A stretch of DNA of 64,000 bases from Felis catus (taxonomy: Eukaryota). The position numbers were made by a program, and so were the translations under genes. Shown one piece after another: positions 25,401 through 39,099 of the stretch. The DNA lies in NCBI RefSeq assembly GCF_018350175.1, contig NC_058381.1:1798001-1862000 (forward strand), given 5' to 3'. The notes below the pieces were generated by a model. The model did not search any database. It was not told where the DNA came from and worked only from the letters and a program-made list of their open reading frames with translations. Each line of letters starts with the position of its first letter. Position 1 is the first letter of the stretch.

Positions 25401-27448
25401 GGATGGGGGTGGGGGATGGGGTGGAAATGCTTCCTTTCCTTCCACTCACTGCCTGCCCCCCCCACCCCCAGCGCTCTCGGCTCACCAGGTGTCCGTCTAC
25501 ACCGGCTGGAGGCCTTACCTGTGGGAGGTGTCGATCCTGACCCCGTACCGCGTCTCAGTGCTCCGTTTCCCCACCTGCACCTCGAAGCCAGGGTCAAAGA
25601 GCTGAACAAAGGAGATGACGCCCGTCTCGAGGCACAGGTACAGCAGGAAAGAGTCCTTCACCACCAGCCACCTGGAGCGGGAGGGCTCCGTCCGTTCCTC
25701 CCTGCCCACGGCATCTCCTTCCTCGCCCCCACCGCTGCCCCGCTGACCGCTCCGGGGCTCACCTCTTGGACCAGCGGTAACACACTTGGTCCCGGCCACA
25801 GCAGGTGAGGCCAGGAACTCGGTGGCCGCCCGAACGCTTCCGGATCACTCCTTCCCTGTGGGCAGAGTCAGGGAGCGGGCGTGGGGTGGGGAGATGCCCC
25901 AAGAGGAATCCGGATGCCCGCCGCGCCCCCGCCCCTGCCCGCGCACCGGGCGCTGCTTTCCCCATCCTCAGGCAGGGAGGGATCCGCGGGTTTGCCCGTG
26001 GCCCGCGCGGGATGTCGCACACTCACAGTCCTTTGGAGCCAAGGTCTGGGATGAAGGAGAGCTGGCTGACTTCCAGGAACTCCGTCTGCCGAGGAAGACG
26101 AAGGCTCAGGGGAGAGACTCTGGCTTCCAGCCCCTCAGACCCCACGGGCCGGGGTCCTCTGCCCCCCGGGGGTCTGATGAAACTGCCCCCCCTAAAACCA
26201 GCCCCTGGGCCTTACCATGGCGTGGTAGTTGCGGTAGAAAGACATGGTCAGGAGGCGGTTGAGGTAATTCTCCAGGTATTTCTGAAGCAGGGACAAGAGA
26301 CAGACACAGATGGGACCGGAGCCATGGGCCCACGAAATGCCTTCCCGGGCGGTCCGGCGTCGGGTCGCACCTGTTTGCTGGACGCGTGTCTGGAGGAGCC
26401 CTCGGGTCCTGCGCGAGGCAGAGAGGGCATCTCGCGGTTGGCGGCTTCTCCGGCGGGGGGATGGGTGGTGGCAAAGCTGCGGAGGCGAGGCGGGAAGAGG
26501 GTCAAGTGGGAGCCAGGAAGCTGAGCGCCTGGATCCCTGAAGCACCAGACCGGGAGGCTTGGGGGAGGCCCGGAGGCTGGCAAAGGCCCCCTATCCTGAG
26601 AACGGAGACGAGGGAAGCTGCCAAGGGCATTTTGGGCGCCCCGCCCGGCTGAGATATTGGCACAGGACCACGGACAGGGAGAGCCGAGCTGGGAAGGTTT
26701 CCTGGTAACCGGGGTCAGGGAAGGGGGGCCCCCCCACCACCACCAGGGGCCAGAGCTGGGGCAGGGAAAGGGTGCCACAGGCAGAAAGCAGTGGTGGCGG
26801 CTGGGGCAGGGACAGGATGGGGCACCGCCTTCCCGACAGGAAGCAGACGGGTCCCCTTACCGGGCCAGAGGGAGCAGACTCATCAAGACTTTGTGCCTCA
26901 GGAGGTCCCGGTGCAGCTCCTGGAAATGACGGAACTTCTTCTTGGTTGTCCAGGTAAAGGCGCCGTGAGTCAAGCGGACGGAATACAGAGTGCAGGTTCC
27001 CACCTGGGGGCGGGAGGCGCTCAGCGGTTGTCCCCTGGCCGGGTCGCAGCGCCCCCTCCTCCCCGACCTCCGGGCCGGCCCTGCCTTTCCCCACGTCCCG
27101 AGTGCCCGGCCAGCCACCTTGGATCCGCTGGTGTATCTTTCGGTTCCCACCACTTGGGCTGTGACGGGCACCCCAGGGGCGAACACCAAGGGGTGCATTT
27201 TCAGAGGCTGCAGGTCGTAGATGGCCAGGAAAGGGTGCATCCGGTCAGCTGGGAGGAGAGAAAGTGCGAGAATGTGAACCCCAGGAGGTCTCGGCCGCCC
27301 CCCACCCCGCCCTCCCCCAGGGCCGTCCCCCCTGCCTACCTGGGTCCTCCCCCTCCCTCAGAGTGTCCAGCTCGTCGGGCTCCATCTGCAACTGGCTGGA
27401 GTCCAGCTCGCCCCCCGCGGGGAAGAGGCTCTGGGGGGTCGCCGCCAT
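16438..27448 (-). CDS. PLD2: Phospholipase D2, 933 aa, 24 coding exons
   Basis: Exons in transcript order: 27340-27448, 27118-27248, 26861-27003, 26371-26476, 26216-26281, 26027-26085, 25763-25855, 25519-25671, 24874-25023, 21962-22045, 21751-21829, 20940-21050, 20338-20508, 19861-19987, 19583-19701, 19387-19500, 19165-19269, 18870-18958, 18645-18758, 18420-18469, 18094-18228, 17756-17909, 16898-17012, 16438-16662. All GT-AG, total 2802 nt. PX and PH domains, two HKD motifs ([17 protein letters not shown]), C-terminus EVWT*. Confidence 0.97.
17059..17282 (+). mobile_element. SINEC_Fc in PLD2 intron 23, antisense to PLD2, with TSD
   Basis: AAGATCCTTGGA at 17047-17058 and 17283-17294; a second truncated SINE at about 17478-17603. 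Confidence 0.92.
20639..20855 (+). mobile_element. SINEC_Fc in PLD2 intron 13
   Basis: Full-length feline SINE. Confidence 0.92.
21226..21400 (+). repeat. (CCAT)n and degenerate CCAT-rich low-complexity tract
   Basis: Direct observation in PLD2 intron 12. Confidence 0.85.
22581..22792 (-). mobile_element. SINEC_Fc within old L1 sequence in PLD2 intron 10
   Basis: TSD GGTTATAGC at about 22571 and 22794; flanks about 22270-22950 are L1-like. Confidence 0.9.
22965..23600 (+). repeat. SINE fragments, (AATAG)n at 23440-23508, N gap 23154-23319 and a local duplication
   Basis: TAAAATGAGAATTTGG at 22949-22964 and 23035-23050; SINE and L1 segments repeated on both sides of the gap. Confidence 0.8.
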
Positions 27449-27519
27449 CCTGGGCGCAGGGGGAGGCCTCAGGGAGGTGCCGTGCCCTGCAGAACCCGGG
27501 CCCCCCACCCTCCCCACCT

Positions 27520-28360
27520 CCCTCGCGCGCCCTCCGTCCCCTTAGGTCTGCAGCGCCCCGCCGACCCGCCTTGACCTCCACCCGGTCCCCGGGTCCCGCA
27601 TCCAGGATCCCTCAGCCCCGCCTCCCGTCCCGGCCCCGGCGCGCCCTGGAGCTCCCGCCGGGCCCGCGGGGCCCCGAGCCGGGGCGGAGCGGAAGCCGGC
27701 GCGGGGCGGGGGGGGGGGGGGGGGGTCGCCGGGGACCCCGGGGCTCCGGCCAGGCCAGGCCGGGAGCGGGGGGGCGTCCAGCGGGAATGAGGAAGTCCCG
27801 CGCGCCCCGCCCGGGAGGGACACCCTGAAATCTCGGCGCGCGTCTGAGCCCGCGCCCCTTCCCGCCCCCCGCCCCCCTCCCCCGGGGCCGGGGCCCGGGC
27901 CCCGCCGCCGCGCGCCCCCCGGGCCCCTCACCCCGCAGCCGCAGGCGGCGCCCGCGCCGGTCCGCCAGCCGAGGGAGCGGCACAGGGAGCCGGGCCCACA
28001 CCCGGGCGGCGGGGCGGGAAGGGGCGGGAAGGGCGGGAAAGGCCGGCCCCCGGGGGCGGGTCTCCCGGCCTCACCTCCGCGCCCGCCCCGCCGCAAGGCC
28101 GTCGAGCGAGCGCTGGTCTCGGGGGCTGCGGCGGGCGGGGGTAGAGGCAGGGCCGGCGCAAGGGCCCGGGGGCCGGCGGGGGGAGGCGGCGGTAGAGGCA
28201 GGGCCGGTGCAAGGGCCCGGGGGCCGGCGGCCGGGGCTGGGGAACGTGCGCTCCTACACCGCTCCTGCACCACGTCTCGCCACTTGCCCCGGGCCGGGCT
28301 CCGGGCGCACAACAGTGAGCGAGCCGGCCGCCGCCGAGCCCGCTCTCCGGGGACCCACAG
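27520..28360 (-). promoter_or_regulatory. PLD2 CpG-island promoter and non-coding exon 1 (candidate donor GTGAGG at 27931)
   Basis: GC/CpG-rich with several GC boxes (28007-28037); the ATG-bearing exon is preceded by an AG acceptor at 27450-27451, which requires an upstream non-coding exon. Confidence 0.75.
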
Positions 28361-28410
28361 TCCGGGAGCAGGTGGGAAACTCTCAGGTTCTAAAAGACAA
28401 AATATGCCCC

Positions 28411-28641
28411 CTTTATTTATTTATTTATTTTTTAATTTTTAAAACTATTTAATTTTCGGAGAAAAAGAGACAGAGCACGAGCAGGGGAGGGGCAGAGAGA
28501 GAGGGAGACACAGAATCCCAAGCAGACTCCAGGCTCCGAGCTGTCAGCACAGAGCCCGACGTGGGGCTCGAACTGGTGAACCGAGAGATCAGGACCTGAG
28601 CCAAAGCCGCAGACTCAACCGACTGAGCCACTGGGGCGCCC
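28411..28641 (-). mobile_element. SINEC_Fc directly upstream of the PLD2 CpG island
   Basis: Reverse-strand SINE, TATGCCC on both flanks. Confidence 0.9.
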
Positions 28642-28659
28642 CTATGCCCTCTTTTTTTT

Positions 28660-30852
28660 TCAAATGCGGATTTCCTTATCTCTCCCGATGGACATCTGGG
28701 TTGTTTCTAATCTATTGCGATAAAGCTCCTATAAACATTCCTGTAGGAGTCTTTGTGTGGATAAGCGTTTTCCTTTCTCTTGGGTAAATGGCTCGCAGAG
28801 GCGTTGCCAGGGCCTGTAAAAAGTGCATTTTACCTTTATGAGAAACTGCCAGACGGGCTCCCAAAGTGGTCGCTCCGTTTTGCATTTCCCAAACCAGTCT
28901 GTGTTACTTCTGGGGGTTCCACGGCGTGGCCAGCATCTGACGTGGTCCAACTTTTTAGCATTAGCTGTTCTGAGGGTAAGGGAAGTAAGTCGTCGTAGCT
29001 TTATTTGCCTTCCTCTGAGGAGTAATGATGCTGATGGAGTTTCACGTGCTTACTGGCCATTTGCATAATCTTCTTTTGCAGAGTGTCTCTTCCAGCTTTT
29101 GGTAATTTTTTAAAAACAATGTCATATCACTGAATTCGTTCTTTGTATATTTTGAATACAAATCCACTAGCCGATATATGTATCACAAACACTTTGTCAC
29201 AGAATGTGGCTTCTGTGTTTAAAATCCTAGTGCTCTTGGGGAGCCTGGGCGGCTCAGCCCGTGGAGTGTCCGACTTTGGCTCAGGTCATGATCTTGTGGT
29301 CCGTGGGTTCGAGCCCCGCGTCGGGCTCTGGGCTGACAGCTCCGAGCCTGAAAGCTGCTTCAGATTCTGTGTCTCCCTCTCTCTCTGCCCCTTCCCCACT
29401 CATGCTCTCTGTCTCTCAAAAATGAATAAATGTAAAAAATAAAATAAAAAAAATGAAAGCACTAATTCAAAAAGATATATGCATCACTATGTTTATAGCA
29501 GCATAATTTACAATAGCCAAGATATAGAAACAACCTAAATGTCCACTGATTGATTGAAGGAGAAAGAAGAGTGGTACACACACACACACACACACACACA
29601 GAAATATTGCTCAACCGTAAAAAAAGAATGCTATCTTGCCATTTGCAACAACATCAATGGATTTAGAGAGTATGATGCTAAGTGAGATAAGTTTGCGAAA
29701 GACAAATATCATATGATCTCATTACATGTGAGATGTAAAAAAAATGACCAAAGCACAAACAGATCCAGAAATACAGAGAACAAACCGGTGGTTACCAGAG
29801 GGGAGGGGGAGGGGAGAGGGCGGTCCAGGCTTCCAGTTAGGGAACAAATGAGTCGTGGGGATGAAAGGTTCAGCACAGGGATTATAGTCAGTGATACTGT
29901 AACAGCGCCGCGTGTGGTGACGGGTTGGAGCTACGCTTGTGGAGCATGTAGCATAATGTATACAGTTGTCCAATCGCTATGTTGTGTCGTACTCGCCCAA
30001 CACTGAGGTCACATTGTGTGTCAAACGCCCTTTAACTGAAAGAGAAAAAGTCAATGGTAGAGCTACCCTATGGCAACCCAACAATTCCGCTCCTAGGTGA
30101 AGACCCAGAAGAATTGAAAGCACATGGGCGCACAGAGACCTGCACGCGGTAGTACTCAACTAGCCAAATCGTGGGAACAACCCAACGTCCCTCAGCTGCT
30201 GAATGGGCAGACAGAACATGGTGGTTCCTCCAAGGTACACCACTCGGCCACAAAAAGGAGTGGAGCTCTAGCACGCGTTGCCACAGGGGCAGGTCTTGAA
30301 AATATTACGCTAAGGAAGGAGCACCTGGGTGGCTCAGTCGGTTAAGCATGCAACTCTTTTGTTATTATTTTTTTTAATATTTCTTTATTTAAAACTTTTT
30401 ACATTTATTTATTTTTGAGAGACAGAGACAGAGCACGAGTGGCAGAGGGAACAGAGAGAGGGGGAGACACAGAATCGGAAGCAGGCTCCAGGCTCGGAGC
30501 TGTCAGCAAAGAGCCCGACGCGGGGCTCGAACCCATGGACCACGAGATCACGACCTGAGCCGAAGTCGGCCGTTTAACTGACTGAGCCACCCAGGCACCC
30601 CACTCTCTCTAAAAAAAGAAGAACGGGGCGCCTGGGTGGCTCAGTCGGTTAGGCATCCGACTTCAGCTCAGGTCACGATCTCGCGGTCCGTGAGTTCAAG
30701 CCCCGCATCGAGCTCTGGGCTGATGGCTCAGAGCCTGGAGCCTGTTTCTGATTCTGTGTCTCCCTCTCTCTCTGCCCCTCCCCCGTTCATGCTCTGTCTC
30801 TCTCTCTGTCTCAAAAATAAATAAAATGTTAAAAAAAAATTAAAAAAAACAA

Positions 30853-30887
<35 letters not shown>

Positions 30888-32450
30888 AAAGAATATGCTA
30901 AATGAAAAAAAGTCACACACAAAGGACCACATATTATGTGAGTCCATTTAGACGAAATGTCCAAAACCCGTAGAGACCGAAGGTAGGTTAGCCACTAGCT
31001 GGGGAGAAGAAGGACAAGGGAGTGACTGACAGGGGGTACAGGCTCTCTTTCAAGGGTGATGAAAATGTTATAAAATTAGTTGATGTTTCTCAACTGATGA
31101 ATATAGTAAAAGCCACTGAATTGGATCGTATAAAAGGGTGAATTTTAGGGGTGCCTGGGTGGCTCAGCTGGTTGAGCATCCAACTTCGGTTCTGGTCATG
31201 ATCTCCCGGTTTGTGAGTTCAAGTCCCGCGTCGGGCTCTGTGCTGACAGCTCAGAGCCTGGAACCTGCTTCCGATTCTGTGTCTCGCTCTCTCTCTGTCC
31301 CTCTCCTGCTTGTGCTCTCTCTCAAAAATAAATATTTAGGGGCGCCTGGGTGGCTCAGTCGGTTGGGCGTCCAACTTCGGCTCAGGTCATGATCTCGTGG
31401 TCCGTGAGTTCGAGCCCTGCATCGGGCTCTGGGCTGACAGCTCAGAGCCTGGAGCCTGTTTCGGATTCTGTGTCTCCCTCTCTCTCTGACCCTCACCTGC
31501 TCGTGCTCTGTCTCTATCTGTCTCAAAAATAAATAAATGTTAAAAAAAAAATTTTAAAATACATTTAAAAATATATATAAAAATAAAAGGATGAATTTTA
31601 TGGTATGTCCATTCTATCTCAATAAAACTATTGTTACCAAAAAAAAAAACCTCAAGTAAGCTGCAAACACATACAACTTGGGCGAAGTTAAAAACCGTTA
31701 TGCTGAAAGAAGTCAGACAGACGGAAGTAATACTCTAGGACTCCACTTAAATAAAGCCCGGAAACAGGCAAATCCAATCTGTTTGGACAGGAATGAGATC
31801 AGTAGCTGCCTGGGGTGGGAGGCGCAGAGGAGGAAGGGAAGTTGGTGATGGGAACGTCTTGTATCTCGACTGGGGTGATTATTTCACGAGTGTGTACCCT
31901 TGTTAATATTTACAGACCTGGACACAGATGTGTGTATTCAATTGCATGTAAATTTTCACTTCAATAAAGGTGACTTATTTATGTTTATTTTTTTGTTTAC
32001 TTTTGAGAGAGAGAGACAGAGCACAAGCAGGGGAGGAGCAGAGAGAAAGGGAGACACAGAATCGGAAGCAGGCTCCAGACTCCCAGATGTTGGTACAGAG
32101 CCCCAACTCGGGGCTGGATCACGACTTGAGCCAAAGTCGGACGCTTCACCGATGGAGCCGCCCAGGCGCCCCTTGAGACCGGTAATTTAGAAGTGCGAAA
32201 CAGGGGCGCCTGGGCGGCTCCGTCGGTGAGGCGTCCGACTTCGGCTCAAGTCACGATCTCACAGTTTGTGAGTTCGAGCCCCACATTGGGCTCTCTGCTG
32301 TCAGCGCAGGGTCTGTTTCAGATCCCCTGTCCCCCTCTCTCTGCCCCTACCCTGCTGTTCTGTCTCTCAAAATCAAAACAAATAAACTTTAAATGTAAAA
32401 AAAAAAAAAAAAAGAAAGAAAGAAAGAAAGAAAGAAAGAAACAAGAAACA
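28660..32450. mobile_element. L1 3'-end fragments with nested CAN-SINEs and microsatellites
   Basis: L1 motifs (ACAATAGCCAAGATATAGAAACAACCTAAATGTCCA; GCCATTTGCAACAACAT); SINEs at about 29258-29453(+), 30356-30601(-), 30625-30848(+), 31148-31335(+), 31339-31555(+), 31975-32172(-), 32203-32413(+); (CA)n at 29576, (GAA)n at 30851, (GAAA)n at 32412. Confidence 0.88.
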
Positions 32451-33242
32451 GGTTTCTGAGTCTGCTAGTCCAATAGAGCCGGCAACTTCCCAAGTTAAGA
32501 GCACATTTGCACGGCTGTGCTGGGGGGCGTTTAGAGTCCTTGACGAGGGTGCTCTGCTCCCCCCACCCCTGTCCCCTGCCCGGCTGAGGGCATCAGCACC
32601 TGATGCGGGGAAGCTCACCGTGGAGCACAGAGTGGGCTGGGATCAGGGGGTAGGGGTGGAGGGAGTCCCCGCTCCAGCTGCCTCCGTGACCTTGCTTGTA
32701 AAATCAGGACAGTGATAACATGTACCTCCAGGCATCACTGACATGATTAAGCAAGATAACAAGTAAAAAGTCCCTTGAATCTACCTGGCACAGCATAACT
32801 AATCCATTGTCAGTGTCCTATTAAAGGCGACAAGAGCTCCCGGACCGTTTAGTGAGAACCTAACGTTTCCTCGGCTAGCACAATCAATTTCACCTTCCGT
32901 GAGAACAGACTATTTTTTTTTTCTTTATGATTTTACATCGTGGGCATTCTGAATTCTCATTCCAGAATACCAGTGAGTCCCCAGCAGCATCCAGGCTGGA
33001 AGCAAGCTGTCAGCGGATTTTCACGGCTCCTGTCGGTGGTCCCAGCCCCTCTGTGTCTGTCTCTGCCACCTGCCCCCTCCCAGTGGCCTCCTGCTTCTTC
33101 CTGGAGATCAGAGAGGGCTCCCAAATTAAGGGGGCGCGACAGGATAGGTGTCTGAATGGGGTATCTGTCCACCTCTTCCCTCCTCCCTCTCCTCCTCCTT
33201 CCATCCCCTGGCGCCTATAATCACCAGGCGGTCTGAGGCTAA

Positions 33243-34036
<794 letters not shown>

Positions 34037-34719
34037 TGGGGACGACCGGGGGCTGAACTTTGCAACCTTCCCTCCCCAGACTTCTGGGTGATCCCTGTTT
34101 GGCCCCACAGCCCCCACGACCTTGTCATTAAATATACTCAGAGCTGCCAGGTGCTGTGTGCGCGCGCGTGTCTGTTGGGGGGGCGGGGTGGGAGCGGTTG
34201 AGGGCCGAGGCCCCCCCTCCCCCCGCCCCCGGGGCTGGGGTGCGGCGCTCAGGGGGGGAAGCATAGCACCTATGGTAGGGGACGCGGGAGTGGTGAGTGA
34301 CACAGCTGATCTAACTCGGGGCCCAGGTGGGGGTGGCAGAAGGGAGGGTGCCCCGAAACCTAGCTTCAGAGTTGAGGGTGAGGAGAGGCTGGAGGCCAGA
34401 CTGGACCGCAGATGAGGCGAGGAAGCGTGTGCGTCCCCTCCCTTCCAGGCACTGAGTATGCATCAGTGAACCAAGCAGAGACCCGTCTCTTCTTCCCCAT
34501 CCTCCACCCCACCCCCACCCCCGCCCCGGGGCTCAACTCCTCCTAGGGCACGTAGACACAGGAGCTAAGAGGGCGGTGATCGCTGTGGAGGGAGTCACGC
34601 GGTACCTTGAACATTGGGCAGGAGGGGGGGGGGCGGCTTGGAAATTCCAGGCAGGCAATCAGTTAGGGGCTTTCTGATAAGGTGACATCTGAGACCTGAA
34701 TGTAAGTAGCCAAGGGGAA

Positions 34720-35683
34720 ACAGGGAAACCACGGGTCAGTGTAGAGTCATTGTAACAAATGTTTCTGACGCAGGATGTTGGTAGTGAGGGATGCTGTGCA
34801 CCTGTGAGGGCAGGCAAGGGCAGACGGGAAATCTCCGCTCAGTTTTGTCATGAACCTAAAACTGCTCTACACAAAGCGTATTTTAGGGGGCACCTCGGTA
34901 GCTCAGTGGGTGAAGCCTCTGACTCTTGATTTCGGCTCAGGTCATGATCTCACAGTTCATGAGATGGAGCCCCGCGTCAGGCTCTGGGCTGACAGTGCAG
35001 AGCCTGCTTGGGATTCTTTCTTTCTCTCTCCCTGCCCCTCCCCTGCTCACTCACTCTCTCTCAAGAATAAATTAAAAAAAATTAATAATTAGAAAGTTTG
35101 TTTTTAGGGGGCGCCTGACTGGCTCATTTGGAGGGGCACACAACTCTTGATCTCAGGGTTCATGAATTTGAGCCCCACGCTGGGCATAGATTACTTAAAA
35201 AAAAAAAAAAAGAATTTCTTTTTTTTAAATCAAGGAAGAGGAGATCTCTGGCAGATAAACAGCCAGTATAAGTGCAAATGCCCTGAGGTCCAAGGGAAGA
35301 GAAAAAAACAAGTGACTAGAGCATCAACATTGGGGGAACTGGTGGGTCATCGAGACCATGGTAAGGAGGTAAAACGTTATCCTAGACCCTCCTTACCATC
35401 CCAGGTCAAGCAGGGGAACGTGTTCTCACTTACATTTAAAGATCACTCCAGTTGGGGCCCCTCGTGGCTCAGTTGGTTGAACGTCTGACTCTTGATTTTG
35501 GCTCAGGTCACGATCTCACAGTTCGTGGGTTTGAGCCCTGCATCAGGCTCTGTGCCGACTGCGGAGTCTGCTTGGGATTCTCTCTCTCCCTCTCGCTCTG
35601 CCCCTTCCTTCCTCGCACACTGCCTCTCTCTCTGAAAACAAATAAACTTAAAAAATAATAAGAAGAAAATAAAACATTAAAAA
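34720..35683 (+). mobile_element. L1MC-like 3' end followed by three CAN-SINEs
   Basis: TTGTAACAAATG…GAACCTAAAACTGCTCTA at 34720-34880; SINEs at about 34886-35085, 35107-35211, 35453-35683. Confidence 0.8.
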
Positions 35684-36872
35684 AAAATCACATCTGGCAG
35701 ACAAGGCACAATGGTGGCTTGGATCAAGACAGGGGTGTGGAGTGAGCGTGGCAAACACACAGAGTTGTCGAATCGCTGTGCTGTGCCCCTGAAACTCAGG
35801 TAACATTGCTTACGGAAGAGCAACGTGCCAGTGACAGGAAGCGGGTGGGGAGTGTTCAGGCTCAATGCAGAGCGTAAGGGGACGAGAGGAATCCAAGACG
35901 CCTTGAGGAGAGAGGACCGGGGAAACAGGTTTTGCAAAAAAAAATCAAAAGTCGTCTATGGGTTATTTTAAGTTTGAGGTACATATATTTGGGATCAGAG
36001 GGCCTTCTCTGCTCTTTTCCACTTAATCCCGGACCTACCCACCTCCTCAGGAAGCCTCCCGTGTAACCTCCCAGAGTCTCCAGGGCGGGATCATACTCTA
36101 GAACAAAGTTTTCGAATGTGGTATTCAGTTCCCTAATCCACAGAGTGGAGGAAAGTTGAGGCAAGGCTGAGAAAGCCGGGCACTGCTAACAAGCACCCTT
36201 GAACTCCTTTTGGCCCCTGGCCCGAGTGGGCACCGACTCGGGGGGCCAGAGTCTACTCTCAGCCTCCCATCCAGGCAGCTAAAGACTGATTTACCATCAC
36301 ACCTCCGTGGGGTTCACAGCGGGCCCACAGATCTCCCAGGGGCCGTCCTCTCCCACCCACCCGACATCCGTCTTAAACTCCATCTGCAAACAAGGCCCAC
36401 CTTTCTCCCCAAAGCCACCGTAGCCACAGTGCTGCTCCTGGCAAGATGAGGTGACAGACGGGTGTGGAAAGAGGGGACCGTGAGCCTGAGCTGGAGGCAG
36501 GCTGAGGGGAGGTAACCCCAGGGATGGTCAGGATTCTGAATCCCACCCTGCGCCTGAACAGGGAAGGGGCTGGTCATCAGGTGGGAGCCTCCGTTTCAAT
36601 CACACCTTGGTGCCCCAAGGACCTGGGTGTGGTGGGGGAAAGGAAGTGTGGGGGGATGGTCTGGAGAAAGAGGTTTGAAAACCACTCTCACCAAAGTTTG
36701 TCTCCAACTCCCCCCCAGCTCAGAGCAGTGGTCCATACAGGCGGGCGTAGGCCGAACAAGTTCAGGCCTGATGTCAGGAAAAGAACCTCAAAGCAGATTC
36801 TTTTTGACAAAGTGTTTATTGAATTTTACGTCGCTATGGGGTGTCTCTTATTGTATCCTAGAATTCTAGGAA

Positions 36873-38774
<1,902 letters not shown>

Positions 38775-38782
<8 letters not shown>

Positions 38783-39060
38783 CTTCCTCCTCAGCCACTG
38801 CCACAAAGCGACTGTCGTAAAGCGCTCTGTCACTCTCTCTCCAGTCGTGCTGTAAAGCCGTCCGCGGGCGCAGCGAAGTCACGGTTGACGGCGGAAGGGG
38901 AAAGAGTCGCGCAGGGACGGATCTTTTGCGACAGTGAGCGCTTGATGGCAGCGTGGCAAGCCGACCGGGCGAAAAGCGCCTCGGCCGGCGTGCGAGGCCT
39001 CCGCTTCTGCGCGGGACCGACTTACTGCGATGGGCGTCGCAGTTCAGAGTCTTGGAGACA
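38775..39060 (-). promoter_or_regulatory. PSMB6 promoter with ARE and YY1 motifs
   Basis: - strand GTGACAGAGC (ARE RTGACnnnGC) 38824-38833; YY1 AAGATGGCGGC 38775-38785 overlapping the ATG; CpG-rich. Confidence 0.7.
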
Positions 39061-39099
39061 GACGCGAGCGTGTCTCAGTTAGAGTGACAGCTCTGTTTT

